Shown: positions 12,773-26,953, counted from the first letter of the whole stretch. The stretch is DNA of 63,746 nt, filler included, from Chiloscyllium plagiosum (GCF_004010195.1; 3 parts of one record of this genome joined end to end with filler, not necessarily neighbours in it); one strand, 5' to 3'. Program-made: numbers and translations. The notes: generated from the sequence alone by a model not told the origin.

Positions 12773-13939
12773 TATGTATACACATGAGCACACATGTGAG
12801 AGATACTATCAACATGTTCAACGGAACAAACTTCAAAGAGATCTAGAACTCAGCACTGGCGTGTGTGAGGTGATTCGGGACATTACCAACAGCAGCAGAA
12901 TTGTACTCCTGCACAATTTTCACTGTAACTGCCTGGCATGTGCTCCACAATACCCTGACCATCAGGCCAGGGGATAAACCCTTGTTCAATGAAGAACACA
13001 GGATGGCCGGTCAAGAGCAGCACTAGATACACCTCACAATGATGTGACATTACCAAACAGGACCACTTACTCACCAAATAGCATAAACAGCCAGTGACAG
13101 ACAGATCTAACTAACAAATCAGACCTAATTTCTGCAATCCTGTCACATGCAATCAGCGTGAATTGCGTGGTCAATTAAACAACTCACTGGAAGAGTAGGA
13201 TACACAAATATCACCTTCCTCAACGATGGAATGACCCAGCACAACAATGGAAAAGCTAAGGATGAAACATTCACAACAATGTTCAGACCGAAGTGTCGAT
13301 GGGGTGATCTATTTTAGTCTTCTCCAGATGGGAGTCTTCAACTAATTTGATTCAGTGTGTGTGGTAAATCCAAACGGCTGGAGGGATAATGCAATTGATG
13401 GGGGCTCTGATAACATTCCATTCAAATTATTTCTGCAGGGATATTGCACTGGGACCTACCTGACAATGTGGGAAACTATCCGCGCGGGTCCTGTACTCAC
13501 ACAGACAAAACATCAGACAATCAATGACTGCCCCATTGCTCTAATCCCTATCATTAATAAAGTGATGGAAGATGTCACTCACAGTGGGATCAAGCAGCAC
13601 TTCCTCAGCACCAACCTGCTCACTGAAGCTCAGTTTGGGCTCTCATCCCTTGTGCTCATTGAAGCCTTGGTTTAACTATGTACTACAAGAAAACACACTG
13701 CTGAATTCTAGAGATGAAGATGAGGTGACAGGGACTGCACTTAACATCAACATAACTGCATTTGACCAAGTGTCGTATCCAGGATTAACGGCAAAACTGG
13801 AGCAAATAGGAATCGTCTGCACTGGCTGAAGTGATACCTGGTACAAAGGAAGGTGGCTGGGGTTGGTGGGGAGCAGCCATCTCAGCTCCAGTTCTCCAGG
13901 GGACGGGATTCTGGGTAAGCCTGTAGATCAGAAATGGAA

Positions 13940-14135
13940 GAGTAAGCCACCAGACTCCTACAGAATAATAGGGAAGCTCTCTTGTTAGACAGACACGACT
14001 GGTGGTAATTTAACTGGACAGTCATCATGCCTCAAGTAAGGGAGAGGTCGAGTAGGACAATCCGTTAGTCACCCAGTCAGTGCAGATATTGTTGGCATTA
14101 ATAACTAACCGTCCAACCGATTGAGCTAACCAAGT
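13940..14135 (-). mobile_element. Old tRNA-derived SINE
   Basis: Minus strand begins GGTTAGCTCAATCGGTTGG (A-box-like); the paralog at ~36050-36245 (+) keeps the B box GAGTTCAATTCC. Confidence 0.55.
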
Positions 14136-14619
14136 CCTCACACAGCTTCTTGGGATAAATATTGTAACATTAATCCGTTCAGATATGTTGTCAGAAACCT
14201 CTGGAGCAGGTCGAAATCGAAGCCAGCTTCCTAGCTCAGAGAGAGGGGCAGCATCAGTGAGCTCTCAGACTACTCTCTGCCCTAAACCTAATCATAAATG
14301 ACCATCCCTAAGCTCTAAAATCACAAGTGCAGATGCTTGCTAATGATTGGACAATGTTCAACACTATTTGTGATTTACTCGGGTACTGAAGCAATCCTTA
14401 TCCAAATGCAACAAGGACCTGGAAATATGCAGGTTTGTGCTTAATAGTGACAAGTACCATTTCCATTACACATGTGCCAGACAACGATTACCTCTAACAA
14501 TAGAAAATTGAACCATATTCCCTAACGTTCAATGCCACCACCATCACTGAACTCCCACCTAGCAATATCCCAGGGATTACCGTTAACCAGAACTGGACTG
14601 ACCATATAATTTCATTATC

Positions 14620-14710
14620 CATTCCTGTGAAGGGCTAATGCTAAAACGTCGAGTCTCCTGTACCTCAGTGCTGCCTGACCTGTTGTGCTTTTCCAGCGTT
14701 ACACTTTGAC
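14620..14710 (+). mobile_element. Degenerate hammerhead-headed short element
   Basis: ATTCCTG-TGAAGGGCTAATGCTAAAACGTCGAG..GCTGCCTGACCTGTTGTGCTTTTCCAGC; inverted paralog at 35469-35560. Confidence 0.65.
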
Positions 14711-15535
14711 ACATATAAATTAATCGGCTACAATAATATGCCAGGGGCTAGGAATCCTGCAGAAGTAACTTACCTCATGATTTCCAAAAGCCTGTCACTC
14801 ATCTAGAAGACACACACTGAATGTGTATGATGAAACCCACCGTTTGCCTGTGTTAGTGCAGCTTCACCCCTCATCCACTGACACTCAATAGCAGCAATAC
14901 CTGCCATCTACACGGTGATCTGCAGAAATTTACCAAGGCTCCTTACAACGTACCTTTGAAGCCCGACCATCAACAAGGACAAAGGAAACAGATAAATGGG
15001 ACCCCCACCATGTTCACGTTCCGATCCCAGCTGTCCACCATCCTGATTTAGGAAGTATATTGCTGTTCCTTCAGTGTCACTGTTTCAAAGATCCTCGCTA
15101 ATGCATATCTATAGCACATGAACTGCAATGGGTCAATGTAACAGATCAACACGACCTTCTCAAGGGCAACGCGAAACAGGCAAGAAATATCGTCCCAATC
15201 ATATTCCATGAAGAAATTAAAATGAAAAATATTGTCCAAACATGCCAAATGCTGGACCCTGAGTATTGGACTTTGTGAGCTCAGGCTGGTTGGGTCTAGG
15301 CAGTATCTTGCTTGTTCTGAACAGCTGAAGGGATATGTTGTTTGAAATAATCTGTCAGTCTTTCAGATGCATGGCCTACATACCGAGCATCACACATACA
15401 CTGACATTCACATCACACATTACTAAGCTCTAAGATAGGCAGAAGCAATTGAAAATATATCCATATCTGACTGTAACATGTTTAAACACACAGTGATATT
15501 GTTGCCACGAAAATGATTATGAATGGATATTAGCA

Positions 15536-15637
15536 GGGGAAAGTGAGGACTGCAGATGTTGCAGATCAGAGTCAAAAAGTGTGGTTCTGGAAAAGCACAG
15601 CCATTCAGGCAGCATCTGAGGAACAGGAGGGTCAACT
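15536..15637 (-). mobile_element. Short element of the same family (body only)
   Basis: GAAAGTGAGGACTGCAGATG..GGAAAAGCACAG..CAGGCAGCATCTGAGG. Confidence 0.65.
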
Positions 15638-17185
15638 ATTAGTTCACAATAGTAATACAAAGGAAAATAATTGCATATTTTCAAAGTCCTTGCACTTAAT
15701 AATAATTTGGTCTTGGGTGTGGTAATGAGACTCAACATTTCAATGCTCCTTCCCGTGAGTTGGGCACTGTTTTCATCATATCGTTGTTATAAAAGTGAAC
15801 GAAATAAATGGGTGGATTTTGGGCTTATTGGACAATCTAAAAGCTGGTATTATGAAAGGCTATAGTACCTTCAGTAAAGAAACTTTGCTGTTAACGGTTA
15901 AAACAACGCTGTAAACACTTACACAGAAATTTCCAGCTCAAGTCACACACAAGGTTGTTGGGCTGGGATCATACTGGCCATCAATGGTGCTGCACAATTC
16001 TGTTTGGATATTGGATATTATAACACTGGATATGTTTTATGAGGGATTCAATGTATAATGCCATGTGCTGCAGGAGCCCATCACCTTTATAACACCTTCA
16101 TTCAGGATCGGGTGCAAGGTGCAGAATTACAGAGTTTAGGGGCCATATCAGAAGAGATATACTTGCAAGATATGGTTGTTCACAGGTCATTGTTACAAAT
16201 GTTGAACTGGGTCTAGACCAGCGCCGTGTGCTCGTCCATTGACCGGTTTTCCACACTCACATCTCCCTGCTGTTCAGGTATGTCTCTAACCAGTCCATTG
16301 TGAGGGATTATGTCAGTAACTGCCCAGCTCCAGTTTGGAAGCTCTCTGGACAGATTTTGGAGATGGCCAGTGTTTTGGAGGTCATGGTGAGGCCCAGTAA
16401 CACTGTGTCTGAATTCAGGCTTTTTCTCAAAGTCTTTTTCAACAGCTTTGCTGCCTGCAAGATGGTGTGTTCATTCATCTGAACATCAATGAGCTGTTTA
16501 CAGCAGTCACAGAATTGTGTAATAGTTAGGTATGTGCTCTGGTATTTCAATTATTGTTCACTTCAATTGTTTTCAACTGAAAAATAATGATGTTTGGTTT
16601 CTTTTAAATATGTAAGAAAAGTGATGTTAACTCTTCATTATACAAAAAGGAAAAGTGACCTGTTGTATATTTCCCAAGGACTAATCAAGCAACAGTCAGA
16701 TATTGTCTGTAAAGCAGGATTCTGTGAACAGGACTATGTCCCAGGCAACATCACCACCCTCTCTGGTGGGGTCTGCCCCAATGGCAGCACATAGCCAGGC
16801 TGAGGGGGCAGCTCCTTGGTATATAGTCAGTATAGTGCTCGGTATTGATGCTGGATCCTGTGGCTGCTGGACTGCTCTGTGGTTGGTTATGGGGGAATCA
16901 ATAAAAGGGAAACCTATAATTGACCACATCATCACCGATCTACCTGCTGCAGGTACAACATTCCATTTCATACATCGGTAAGAATGGTCACTGCACAGTC
17001 CTTATGGGGAGCAAGGGCTATCTTTACATTTTGCAGACCCACCTCACCATGATATGTAGCCCCCTGGGCAGTGAATGGCACAGTCTTAAAATAGATTGAG
17101 AAACTAATAATGATGCATCCATGAAGTGTAGAGGGCCATCGGCAGGAGCAGAATCATATTCTGCACAACTCATACAGTCTGCAAC

Positions 17186-17440
17186 CACACAGCCCAACAT
17201 ACCTCCCACTGTACAGTAACCATCACGGCCCGACATACCTCCCACTGTACGGTAATCATCACGGCCCGACATACCTCCCACTGTACAGTAACCATCACGG
17301 CCCGACATACCTCCCACTGTACAGTAACCATCACGGCCCAACCTACCCCCCACTGTACAGTAACCATCACGGCCCGACATACCTCCCACTGTACAGTAAC
17401 CATCACGGTCCAACATGCCTCCTTCTCTACGGTAACCATC
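17186..17440. repeat. 36-bp minisatellite, ~7 copies
   Basis: Unit ACATACCTCCCACTGTACAGTAACCATCACGGCCCG; paralog at 32821-33290. Confidence 0.95.
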
Positions 17441-17442
17441 AA

Positions 17443-17718
17443 GAGCGGCATGGTGGTTCAGTCGTTAGCTCTGCTGCCTCACAGCCCCACGGACCTAGTG
17501 TGAATGTGTGGAGCTTGCACGTTCCTCCCCGTGTCTTTGTGGGTTTCCTCCCAAAGGCAAAAGATGTGTAGGTCAGGTGAATTGGCCATGCTAAATTGCC
17601 CATAGTGTTAGGTGCTTTAGTCAGAGGGAAATGTATCTGGGTGGGTTACTCTTCAGAAGGTTGGTATGGACTGGTTGGGCCGATGGTCCTGTTTCTGCAC
17701 TGTAGGGAATCTAATCTA
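17443..17718 (+). mobile_element. HE1-type V-SINE, older copy
   Basis: GCGGCATGGTGG..TTAGC.CTGCTGCCTCACAG head, V-domain, tail GTTTCTGCACTGTAGGGAATCTAATCTA. Confidence 0.85.
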
Positions 17719-17809
17719 CTCTCCAAGGTTCAAGTCGGGAATATGATGGAATAATCAATTATCTGAATGAGTGCAGCTCCAACAGTACTCTAGTATGGAC
17801 TTACTCGCA

Positions 17810-18694
17810 ACAGGCAACACAGTTGTGTGGGGAAGATCCTGTCTCACAAACTTGATTGATTATTTTGAGTAAGTGAGAAAATTGATTGATGAGGGCATGG
17901 GGCTGAATGTTGGCCGTTTGAACCTTAGCAAGGCCTTGGATAAGGTTCCTTATGGCACTTCACCTTATACAGAAGGTGAAGTGAAATGGAATCAGTGGTC
18001 AGTTAGTAAGATGCATAGAGAACTGCTTGGTCATAGAAGACAGAGTAATGGTGGAACAGTGTTTTTGTGACTGGAGATCTGTAAATAGATGGTGGAGTTG
18101 CAGATTGTGAGGATGATTGCCAGAGAATACAGCAGGATATAGGTCAGCTGCAGACTTGGACAGAGAAAACACAGATGTAACTTTATTTGGACAACTGTGA
18201 CGTGATGTGTTTTAGAATGTCTAATGCAGGAGAGAAGTGGATGGAAAAACTACTGGCCGCATCAACATCCAAAGAGATCTAGGTGTATAGCTCCACAGTT
18301 TCCCTGAAAGTGGCAACACGGGTGGATAGGGTGATCAAGAATACTGACGGCAAACTTGCAGACAGGCATCGGAGCATGCAGTATGAACATTAGCAGGCCA
18401 TATTGCAGCTGTGGAGAAAATTAGTTTGGGCACATTGGAGTACTGTTTGCCACACGATGTGGAAGTGTTGGAGAGGGTATGGAAAGGTTTACCAGAGTGT
18501 TGTCTGGTTTGGAGGGTATTAGCCAGAAGGAGACATTGAACACACATGGTTTGTTTGCACCTGGGCATCATTGACTATGGGGCTACCTGATAGATATTTA
18601 CAAAGGCATAGATAGAAGGACAGTTAGAGGCTTTTTCCCAGAGGAGAAATATCAATTACTAGGGGGAACCATAGGTTTTAGGTAAAAAGGGAGA
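17810..18694 (+). mobile_element. Decayed CR1 RT/3' fragment
   Basis: 'GRSCLTNL..YFE', 'LSKALDKVPY', 'LQTWTEK.QM'. Confidence 0.8.
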
Positions 18695-19194
18695 NNNNNN
18701 NNNNNNNNNNNNNNNNNNNNNNNNNNNNNNNNNNNNNNNNNNNNNNNNNNNNNNNNNNNNNNNNNNNNNNNNNNNNNNNNNNNNNNNNNNNNNNNNNNNN
18801 NNNNNNNNNNNNNNNNNNNNNNNNNNNNNNNNNNNNNNNNNNNNNNNNNNNNNNNNNNNNNNNNNNNNNNNNNNNNNNNNNNNNNNNNNNNNNNNNNNNN
18901 NNNNNNNNNNNNNNNNNNNNNNNNNNNNNNNNNNNNNNNNNNNNNNNNNNNNNNNNNNNNNNNNNNNNNNNNNNNNNNNNNNNNNNNNNNNNNNNNNNNN
19001 NNNNNNNNNNNNNNNNNNNNNNNNNNNNNNNNNNNNNNNNNNNNNNNNNNNNNNNNNNNNNNNNNNNNNNNNNNNNNNNNNNNNNNNNNNNNNNNNNNNN
19101 NNNNNNNNNNNNNNNNNNNNNNNNNNNNNNNNNNNNNNNNNNNNNNNNNNNNNNNNNNNNNNNNNNNNNNNNNNNNNNNNNNNNNNNNNNNNNN
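18695..19194. other. Assembly gap (500 N)
   Basis: Run of N. Confidence 1.
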
Positions 19195-19214
19195 TGGGAG
19201 AGGGGGGGGGGGGG

Positions 19215-19745
19215 GGGGGGAGTTGGAGAATGATAAATAATCTTGTGGATGACGCAACGATAGGCTGGATGGGTCACAGTGAGGAGGGAAGTGTTTAGTT
19301 GCAGGAGGGTACACATTGATTGTTCAGGTGGTCAGATCAATGACCAATAAAAATTAGCACTGGAAGATGTGAGATGCTGCACTTTGGAAGAAGTAACAAG
19401 ACAAGAGAGAACTCAAAGCAAGAAGATAGGTTAGTCTTGCTTTTGGATCAGAGAAGGGTGAGGGGTGAACCTGACAGAGCATGAGAGGTATGGGCAGAGT
19501 GAACAGACAGCAGCTGTTCCCCTTAATCAAAGTGTCAAAAACAAGGGACACAGGTTTGAAGCGAAAGAGAAGATATTGAGAGAGGATTTGTGGAATCCGT
19601 TTTGAACACAGAGGATGGATTGTGTCTAGAATGCATTTTCTGGGAGGGTGGTTCAGTAAGGTAACCTCACAAACTTTACAAAGCACTAGCATCAGCACTG
19701 GATGGTGCAGACTCGATTGGCCTTGTCTTTATACATGATTCCATG
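19215..19745 (+). mobile_element. Decayed CR1 3' fragment
   Basis: 'KCEMLHFGRSNK', 'TRDTGLK' and 'F.TQR...VW NA'-like remnants. Confidence 0.65.
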
Positions 19746-20482
19746 TGGTGGCAGCCATGAAAGCTCTGATACATTCTGAAGCACCAACCAACGGTACTTG
19801 TTGGTTTGTTCTGGCGAACTGTGCTCAGTAAGTGGCGAGATAAGAAATCAACATCATCCCATGGAGTATCAGCACTTACTCAACCTAGGACAGCCCAGCC
19901 ATCTGTTAATATATCCAGGATAAATCACATGCTCAGTGCAAGCATCGTCCCTCCAAAGCAATAACATAATTCCAACTGTTTGGCACCGTTATTTTAAGGA
20001 CACAAATAACATAGACACAGATTTCTCTTCATTACTATATAGACTTGTCTCTGTAAGGTTGCTATTTCTCAGAAAAAAATAATAAACTCCATCCTACATG
20101 TTTGCTTTGACAATGAGTCCGTTTTCCTGTTTGCCTGTGAGCTGTTCATCACAGCATGACGGATTGTGTAACATTCTATCCACCACCAGCAATATTTACT
20201 CCCAGCTAACCCAGCACATGAGATGCACAGCTGGCACTCCTTCCCACCAGCCACTTGGACGGACCAACATCAACTGAATTGGAACGTCTCAAGGGCAATT
20301 AATGCTGGTCTAGCTCCATTAAAATTCCAAATGAATTGAAACAATTGGATTTTCTATAATTATTGAAAAATGCAGAGTCTGTTTTTATTGATCTGATGAG
20401 TTTGTCACTGTCTTTATCGTTGCGTTATCTATGTCCATGAAACCATTTTGTACATAAAAGAACAAAAACCCTCAGGTCACAG

Positions 20483-21240
20483 ATAGTCATAGAGTCATAG
20501 AGATGTACCGTATGGAAACAGACCCTTCGGTCCAAACCGTCCATGCCGACCAGATATCCCAACCCAATCTAGTCCCACCTGCCAGCACACGGCCCATAAG
20601 CCTCCAAACCCTTCCTATTCATATACCCATCCAAATTCTTCTTAAATGTTGCAATTGTACCAGCCTCCACCACATCCTTTGGCAGCTCATTCCATACACA
20701 TGCAGTCCTCTGCGTGAAAACGTTGCCCCTGACGTCTCTTTTATATCTTTCCCCTCTCACCCTAAACATTTGCCCTCTAGTTCTGGACTCCCCGACCCCA
20801 GGGGAAAAGACTTTGTGTATTTATCCTATCCATGCCCCTCATAATTTTATAAACTTCTAGAGGGTCACCCCTCCGCCTCCGATTCTCCAGGGAAAACAGC
20901 CCCAGCCTGTTCAGCCTCTCCCTGTAGCTCAAATCCTCCAACCCTGGCAACCTCCTTGTAAATCTTTTCTGAAGCCTTTAAAGTTTCACAACATCCTTCT
21001 GGTAGGAAGGAAACCCGAATTACACGCAATATTCCAACAGTGGCCTAACCAATGTCCTGTACAGCCGCAACATGACCTCTCAACTCGTGTACTCAATACT
21101 CTGACCAATAAAGGAAAGCATACCAAACGCCTTCTTCACTATCCTATCTACCTGCGATTCCACTTTGAAGGAGCTATGAACCTGCACTCCAAGGTATCTT
21201 TGTTCAACAACACTCCCTATTACCTTACCATTATGTGTAC
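20483..21240 (-). mobile_element. CR1/HER1-type LINE 3' end
   Basis: Tail AGTCATAGAGTCATAGAG; ORF 20569-20769 'RGNVFTQR..VWNELP...FKKNLDGYM'. Positions 1-101 are the paralogous piece. Confidence 0.92.
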
Positions 21241-22889
21241 AAGAAGACAATGCAGCATTTAAGCAAAAACAGCCAGGGTATAGTAGTCTATAGATCTTCA
21301 GGTGACTGGGAATAATGTACGTTGGTGTTTTCTGGCTGGCGCAGATGTATTGGCCTGAAGGGCCTGTTTATATGCTGTATGACTATTACTTTAATTGTTG
21401 TCTCACTATTTCCATAGATTGTGAGCATCAAGTGGTGAAGAATGCAATCTCCAAGGTCACACAGCACACCAACCTGAAGTTTTATCATTCTGCCTTCACT
21501 ATCAAATAGTTCAGAGCCCCATTTCTCTCTTTGTAACATACCTGTTAGTTTTCCTGCACCACAGAATCCCTGGGGTTTATTACCATATTCTGAATAGAAA
21601 TTACACATCGGAAACAGAATGCTGGCCTTGCTAATGAAACTCACCTCACAACAAGAACTGAAAGGAATGAGCAGAATTAAAATTATCCATTCGACCCAAT
21701 CTGATTTCTAAAGCAGATTCAAGGCAGGCTTCCACTTTGCCCTATGCTCCTGACCTTTCTCCAATACCATGAAACTTCCCTGAGTGCTTTTGAGTGCTGT
21801 TTAAAAGTCACATATGGAAACCTGCGCCCAATAATCTGAAAGGTAATGTCTCCATGTTCATGAGAATCATCTCATATTTTTTTCAGTATCTAAAGTCAAC
21901 AGAAATGCAGAAACTAGCATCAGGGGTAAGTCACCAATACAGCTAAGTCATGTGATAAGATCGTGAATGATCTGATTGTGATATCAATCACACATTCCTC
22001 CTTTGCCCTTACAATGTTAGTGCGTCATTGTTAGTCAAGAATCTGCCTGCTTCTGCCTTAGAAATATTCAATGTTTTATCCTCCATTGCTATCTGGGAAG
22101 AGAGTTCACAAATACACGACACTTTGAGAGGATTAAAACATCCAACATCTTCTTAACTGAGGTAACCTTCAGTTTCATAGTCCATTCATTCCTGATAATC
22201 TCTCACACAAGCTGAAATATGGTTTCAGAATTCAACACAAAAAGACTACTTGAAATATCCTTGGGTCACCAAGATTGCCTAAACTCCAGCAGATCCGGAG
22301 TCAGTCAGTCAGTTCAAGATTTCCACCTGAAATGAATGTTCCACACAGGAGTCAGTTGAGTGAATCTTCTCTGAACTGATTTGCATGTCAGTATGACCAT
22401 TCTTCTCTCGATGTGGTCTCGCCACTACTCTGCAAAACTGAAGAAAATCTTCCCTAATTTTGAATGTATTCTGTTTCCGAAAATGTATACATTTATCTTA
22501 CCACCCTCAAAACCTTATGCACATATAAAGCTTTTTTTTGTAATCCATGTGCCCTGTTCTTCTGCGCCTCAACCCAATCTCTCCATTGAAATAATATACT
22601 GTCTTTCAATTCAACCCGCCAACATCTTTGAGCGCACAGACAATACATCCTTCATACACCAATACTTTTCTGTTCACTTGACCCATCTTAATTTCGGTCC
22701 TCTTCATATGATGCTTTTCTAACAGTTTCAAAAGTCTTCATTCTTCCATAGCGCACACAGAATATTTGGCCAAAGAAATAGATTGTGGCCATATTCCAAT
22801 GGAATTGACAGCGTAATTTTTTTAATTAATGTCTAAACTATGAACCTGTGACAATGCTAAAGTGTTTTGTAGTCCCATCACTCAGTTCC

Positions 22890-24870
22890 CAAAACTCAAA
22901 GTAGGGACAGATGGTGTAGAATCTGTGTGGTTAGAATTGGGGAACGGCAAAGGTGAAAAACTATAGTTGGAGTTATGTACAGGTCCACAAACCGTAGTTA
23001 GGAGCTGGGTTGGACGTCACATCAGGAGGTAGAAACGATGTGTCGGAAAGGCAAAGTTACAGTGATTGGGGAGATTTCAATATGAAGCTGGACTGGGAAA
23101 ATCAGGTTGGCAATGGTTTGCAAGGAAAGGAATTTGTGGAATGCCTACGAGGTGGCTTTTTGGAGCAGCTGATGGTGCAGGCAACGAGGGAACGGGCAAT
23201 ACCGTATTTAGAGTTGTGCAATGAGGCAGATTTGATAAGGGAGCTTAAGGTAAAGAAAGCTTTATGAGGCAGTGTTCATAATATCATTGAACCTACTCTT
23301 CAATTTGAGAGGGTGAAGGTAGAACCAGAGTTAACAATATTACCGCTGAATAAAAGCAACTGCAAAGGCATGAGGGAGGAACTAGGGTAAATTGACTGGG
23401 AGAGTAGGATAGCAGGAAAGACAGTGGGACAGTAATGGCGGGAGGTTCTGGGAGTAATTCAGGAGACACAGCAGAGACTCATCCCAAGCTAAAAGAAGCA
23501 TAGTATAGGGAGAATGAGGCAACAATGGCTGACAGGGGAAATCAGGGTTAGCGTAAAAGCAAAAGAGAAATCAGGTAACATGGCAAATGGCAGTGGGAAA
23601 CCAGTGGATTTGGAAGCTTCCAAGTACCAATATAGGGCAACAAAATAAGAAATAGGAGGAAGAAGATTAAATATAAGGGTAAGCCAGCCAGTAATATAAA
23701 AGACTGTAAGAGTTTCTTTAGATATATAAAGAGCAAAAGAGAGGCAGAAATGGACATTGGTCGTTGAATACGACGCTGGAGATATAGTAATGGGGAACAA
23801 ATAATGGCTGAGAAACTGAACAATTATTTCATGTCACTTTTCACAGTGAAAGACACAAATAGTATCCTACAAATTCAAGATAGCGAGGGGACAGAGCTTA
23901 TTAGGAAAAGTTGCTCGAAAAACTAAATTGGTAAATAAACTGGACCTGATGGACAATATTCCAGAGTTCCAAGGGAGTTAGCTGAAGAAATAATGGAGAC
24001 ATTTGTGGTGATCTTTCATGAATTTCTAGAATCAGGGAGAAGCTCAAAAGACTAGAAAGTTGCAAACGTGACAGCTTCTTTAAAAAGGGAATAAGGCAAA
24101 AGGCAGAAAGTGACAGACCGATTAACCTAACCTCAGTCATGTGTAAGATCCTAGAATCCATTGTGAAGGATGAGATTCTGAATACTTGCAAGTGAATTGT
24201 AAAATTGAGCAAACTCAGTATGGTGTCATCAAGAGGACGTCATGCCGCAGAAATCTGTAAAAGTTATTTGAGGATGCAACAAGCAAGTGAGACAAAGGAA
24301 AGCCAGTGGATATTATCCACCTGGACTTCATGACGGACTTTGGCAAGGTGCCACACGGGAGGCTGCTGAATAAAATAAGGCCCCATTTTGTTCGAGGTAA
24401 GTTACTAGTGTGTGCAGCAGCTTGGCTGTTTGGCAGCAAGTAAAGAGTGGTGATAAAAACGTCCTTCTTGGGATAGCATCCGATGACAACTTGTGTTCCA
24501 CATGGCTCAGTGTTGGGACCACAACTTTTTACTTTGTGCATTAACGATCTACATTAAGGAACTGAGAGTATTCTGGATAGGTTTTTAGATGATACAAATG
24601 TAGGTAGAGGGACAGGCGACATTGAGATGGCAGGAGTCTGCAGAAGGATTTAGACAGGGTAGGAGAGTGGGCAAAGAAGTAGCAGATGGAGTACGCTTGG
24701 GAAAACCTGAAGTGATGCACTTTGTGAGGAGGGAGAGAGGCAAGGACTATTTTATAAACGAAGAGAAAATTCAGAAGTCTGAAGTGCAAAGAGAGTTGCG
24801 AGTTCTAGTACAGGATTGTCTCAAGGTAAACTTGCAGGTTGAGTCAATCGTTAGGAAGGTGATGCATCTG
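22890..24870 (+). mobile_element. Decayed CR1 ORF2 (paralog of 1580-3545)
   Basis: 'WGDFNMKLDWENQ..EFVECLRGGFLEQL'. Confidence 0.88.
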
Positions 24871-26140
24871 CCAAAAAGTAGTGGATCCAGCACCGATCCT
24901 TGTGGCACTTCACTGGTCACAGTCCTCCAGCCTGTAAAACAACCCTCCACCACCAACCCTCTGGCTTCTACGTTTGAGCTACTTCTGGATCCAAATGGCT
25001 AGTTCTCCCTCTATTCCATGAGCTCTAACCTGACTAACCAGTCTCCCATGGGGAACCTTATTGAACGACTTGCTGAAGTTCAAGTAAATCATATCCACCA
25101 CTATGCCCTCATCAATCATCATTGTTGCTTTTGTAAAAAAAAATCAAAGAAAGTTGTGAGACATGATTTTCCACTCACAAAGCCACGCTGACTATCCCTA
25201 CTCAGTCCTTGCCTTTCGAAATACATGTACATCCTGTCCCTCAACATTCCCTCCAACAACTTGCCTATCACCGCTGTCAGGCTCACTGGTCTATAGTCCC
25301 CTGGCTTGTCCTGACCAACTTTCTTAAACATTGGCACCACATTCGCCCAGCTCCAGTCCTCTGGCACCTCACCTCTGACTATCGATTATACAAATTTCTC
25401 AGTAATAGGCCCAGCAATCCGTTCCCTGGCTTCCGACAGAGTTCTCTGGACACCTGATCAGAGGATTTATCCACTTTTATATATTTCAAGACATCCAGCA
25501 CATCCTCCTCTGTAATATGAACATTTTTGAAGATGTCACCATTTATTTCCCTAGATTTTATATCTTCCATGTCCTTTCCAACAGTAAACACTGATGTAAA
25601 ATGCTCATTTAGTATCGCCCCCAACTCCTGCGATCCACACAAAGGCCTCCAAGCTGATATTTGAGGGGCGATATTCTTTCCCTATTTACCCTTTTGTCCT
25701 TAATGTCTTTGTAAAATCCTATTCGATTTTCCTTAATTCTATTTGCCAATATAATCTCATGTCCCCTTTTGCCCTCCTGATTTCCCTCTTAAGTATACTC
25801 ATATTGCCTTTTGTACTCTTCTAAGGGTTCCTTCGATCTACCATGTCTGTACCTGATATATGCTCCCTTCTTTTTCTTAACCAGACCCTCAATTTCTTTA
25901 GTCATCCATCATTCCCTATACCTACCAGCCTTTCCTTTTACCGTACCAGGAACATACTGTTACCTAAGTTCTGAATGCTTTCCACTTTCCAGCTGCCCTT
26001 TTATCTGCGAACATCTGCGTCCAGTCAGCTTCTGAAAGTTCTTGCCTAATATCATTGAAATTAGCCTTACCCCAAATTAGAACTTCAACTTTTAGATCTG
26101 GTCGATCATTTTCCATTATTATTTTAAAACTAATAGAATT
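24871..26140 (-). mobile_element. CR1 RT fragment (paralog of 5575-7598 without the Penelope insertion)
   Basis: 'PEDWSWANVVPMFKK..YRPVSLT', 'VPQGSVLDPLLF'. Confidence 0.88.
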
Positions 26141-26953
26141 CTTGGCAAATAACTGAAGCTCACACTTCAGTGAGAATTAAATCGATTGATTATATATAAA
26201 TGTGTCAGAATGATAATTCTATCAGATTGTTCAATCGTCTGCTCACTCTGAATATGCAATCAGTCAGAGGTCAACCACTTTGTAAATGATATAGCGACAA
26301 CGTATGCATTTGAATACTGGCATTTAGTGTGCAATTGTGATCACCAGAATAATCAGACAACATTTTCTTTTTGGTATAAAACAAAACGCACACTCTTTAA
26401 TTTTGCATCATAAAATGTTGTTGGGTGTTTACGTTTTAGTTCCATCAATATAGAACCAACTTAATTGTTTTCATAGATGAGGCAATTATTGTTCAGTTGA
26501 ATAATTGTTTTTCATATCTCATCATTGCCCAATTCACAAACATGGCAAACTCCTGATCATTGTTCAGGTCAGTAAACCCACCACGTTGCAATCATGACCC
26601 ACATTAAAAATGGATTCCAAAAGGCCTGAATTCAGGCACCGTGCTACTGGACCGCACAGCAGCCTGTGACACTGAGTGAGATACTGGCCTGCTCCAGAAT
26701 CTGACCAGAAAGATTCCAAACTGGGTCAGGACAATCAGGAGGTCGGCGTGGAGGCGGAAACGCATGAAACGTCGATTCTCCTGCTCCTTGGATGCTGCCT
26801 AACCTGCTGCGCTTTTCCAGCAACACATTTTTCAGCTCTGATCTCCAGCAGCTGCAGTCCTCACTTTCTCCTTAGGACAATCATTCAAACATTCCTTCAA
26901 AGTAAATCATTTGGATTCCACCTTGGGCCGGAGGAAGTTATCCAACAGGCTAT

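Larger units (their letters stand above)
12085..15200 (+). mobile_element. Old, heavily decayed CR1/L2-group LINE with nested insertions
   Basis: RT-like 'PIALIPIINKVME...IKQHFLSTNLLTEAQFG' and 'ALNI..AFDQV..GL.AKL' in ORFs 13355-13829; endonuclease-like 'NILDLIFTNLP' near 12430. Confidence 0.7.
11170..18694 (+). repeat. Segmental duplication block B (copy 1)
   Basis: Reverse-complement colinear with 31405-39435 (18694 pairs with 31405; 11170 pairs with 39435). Confidence 0.93.
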
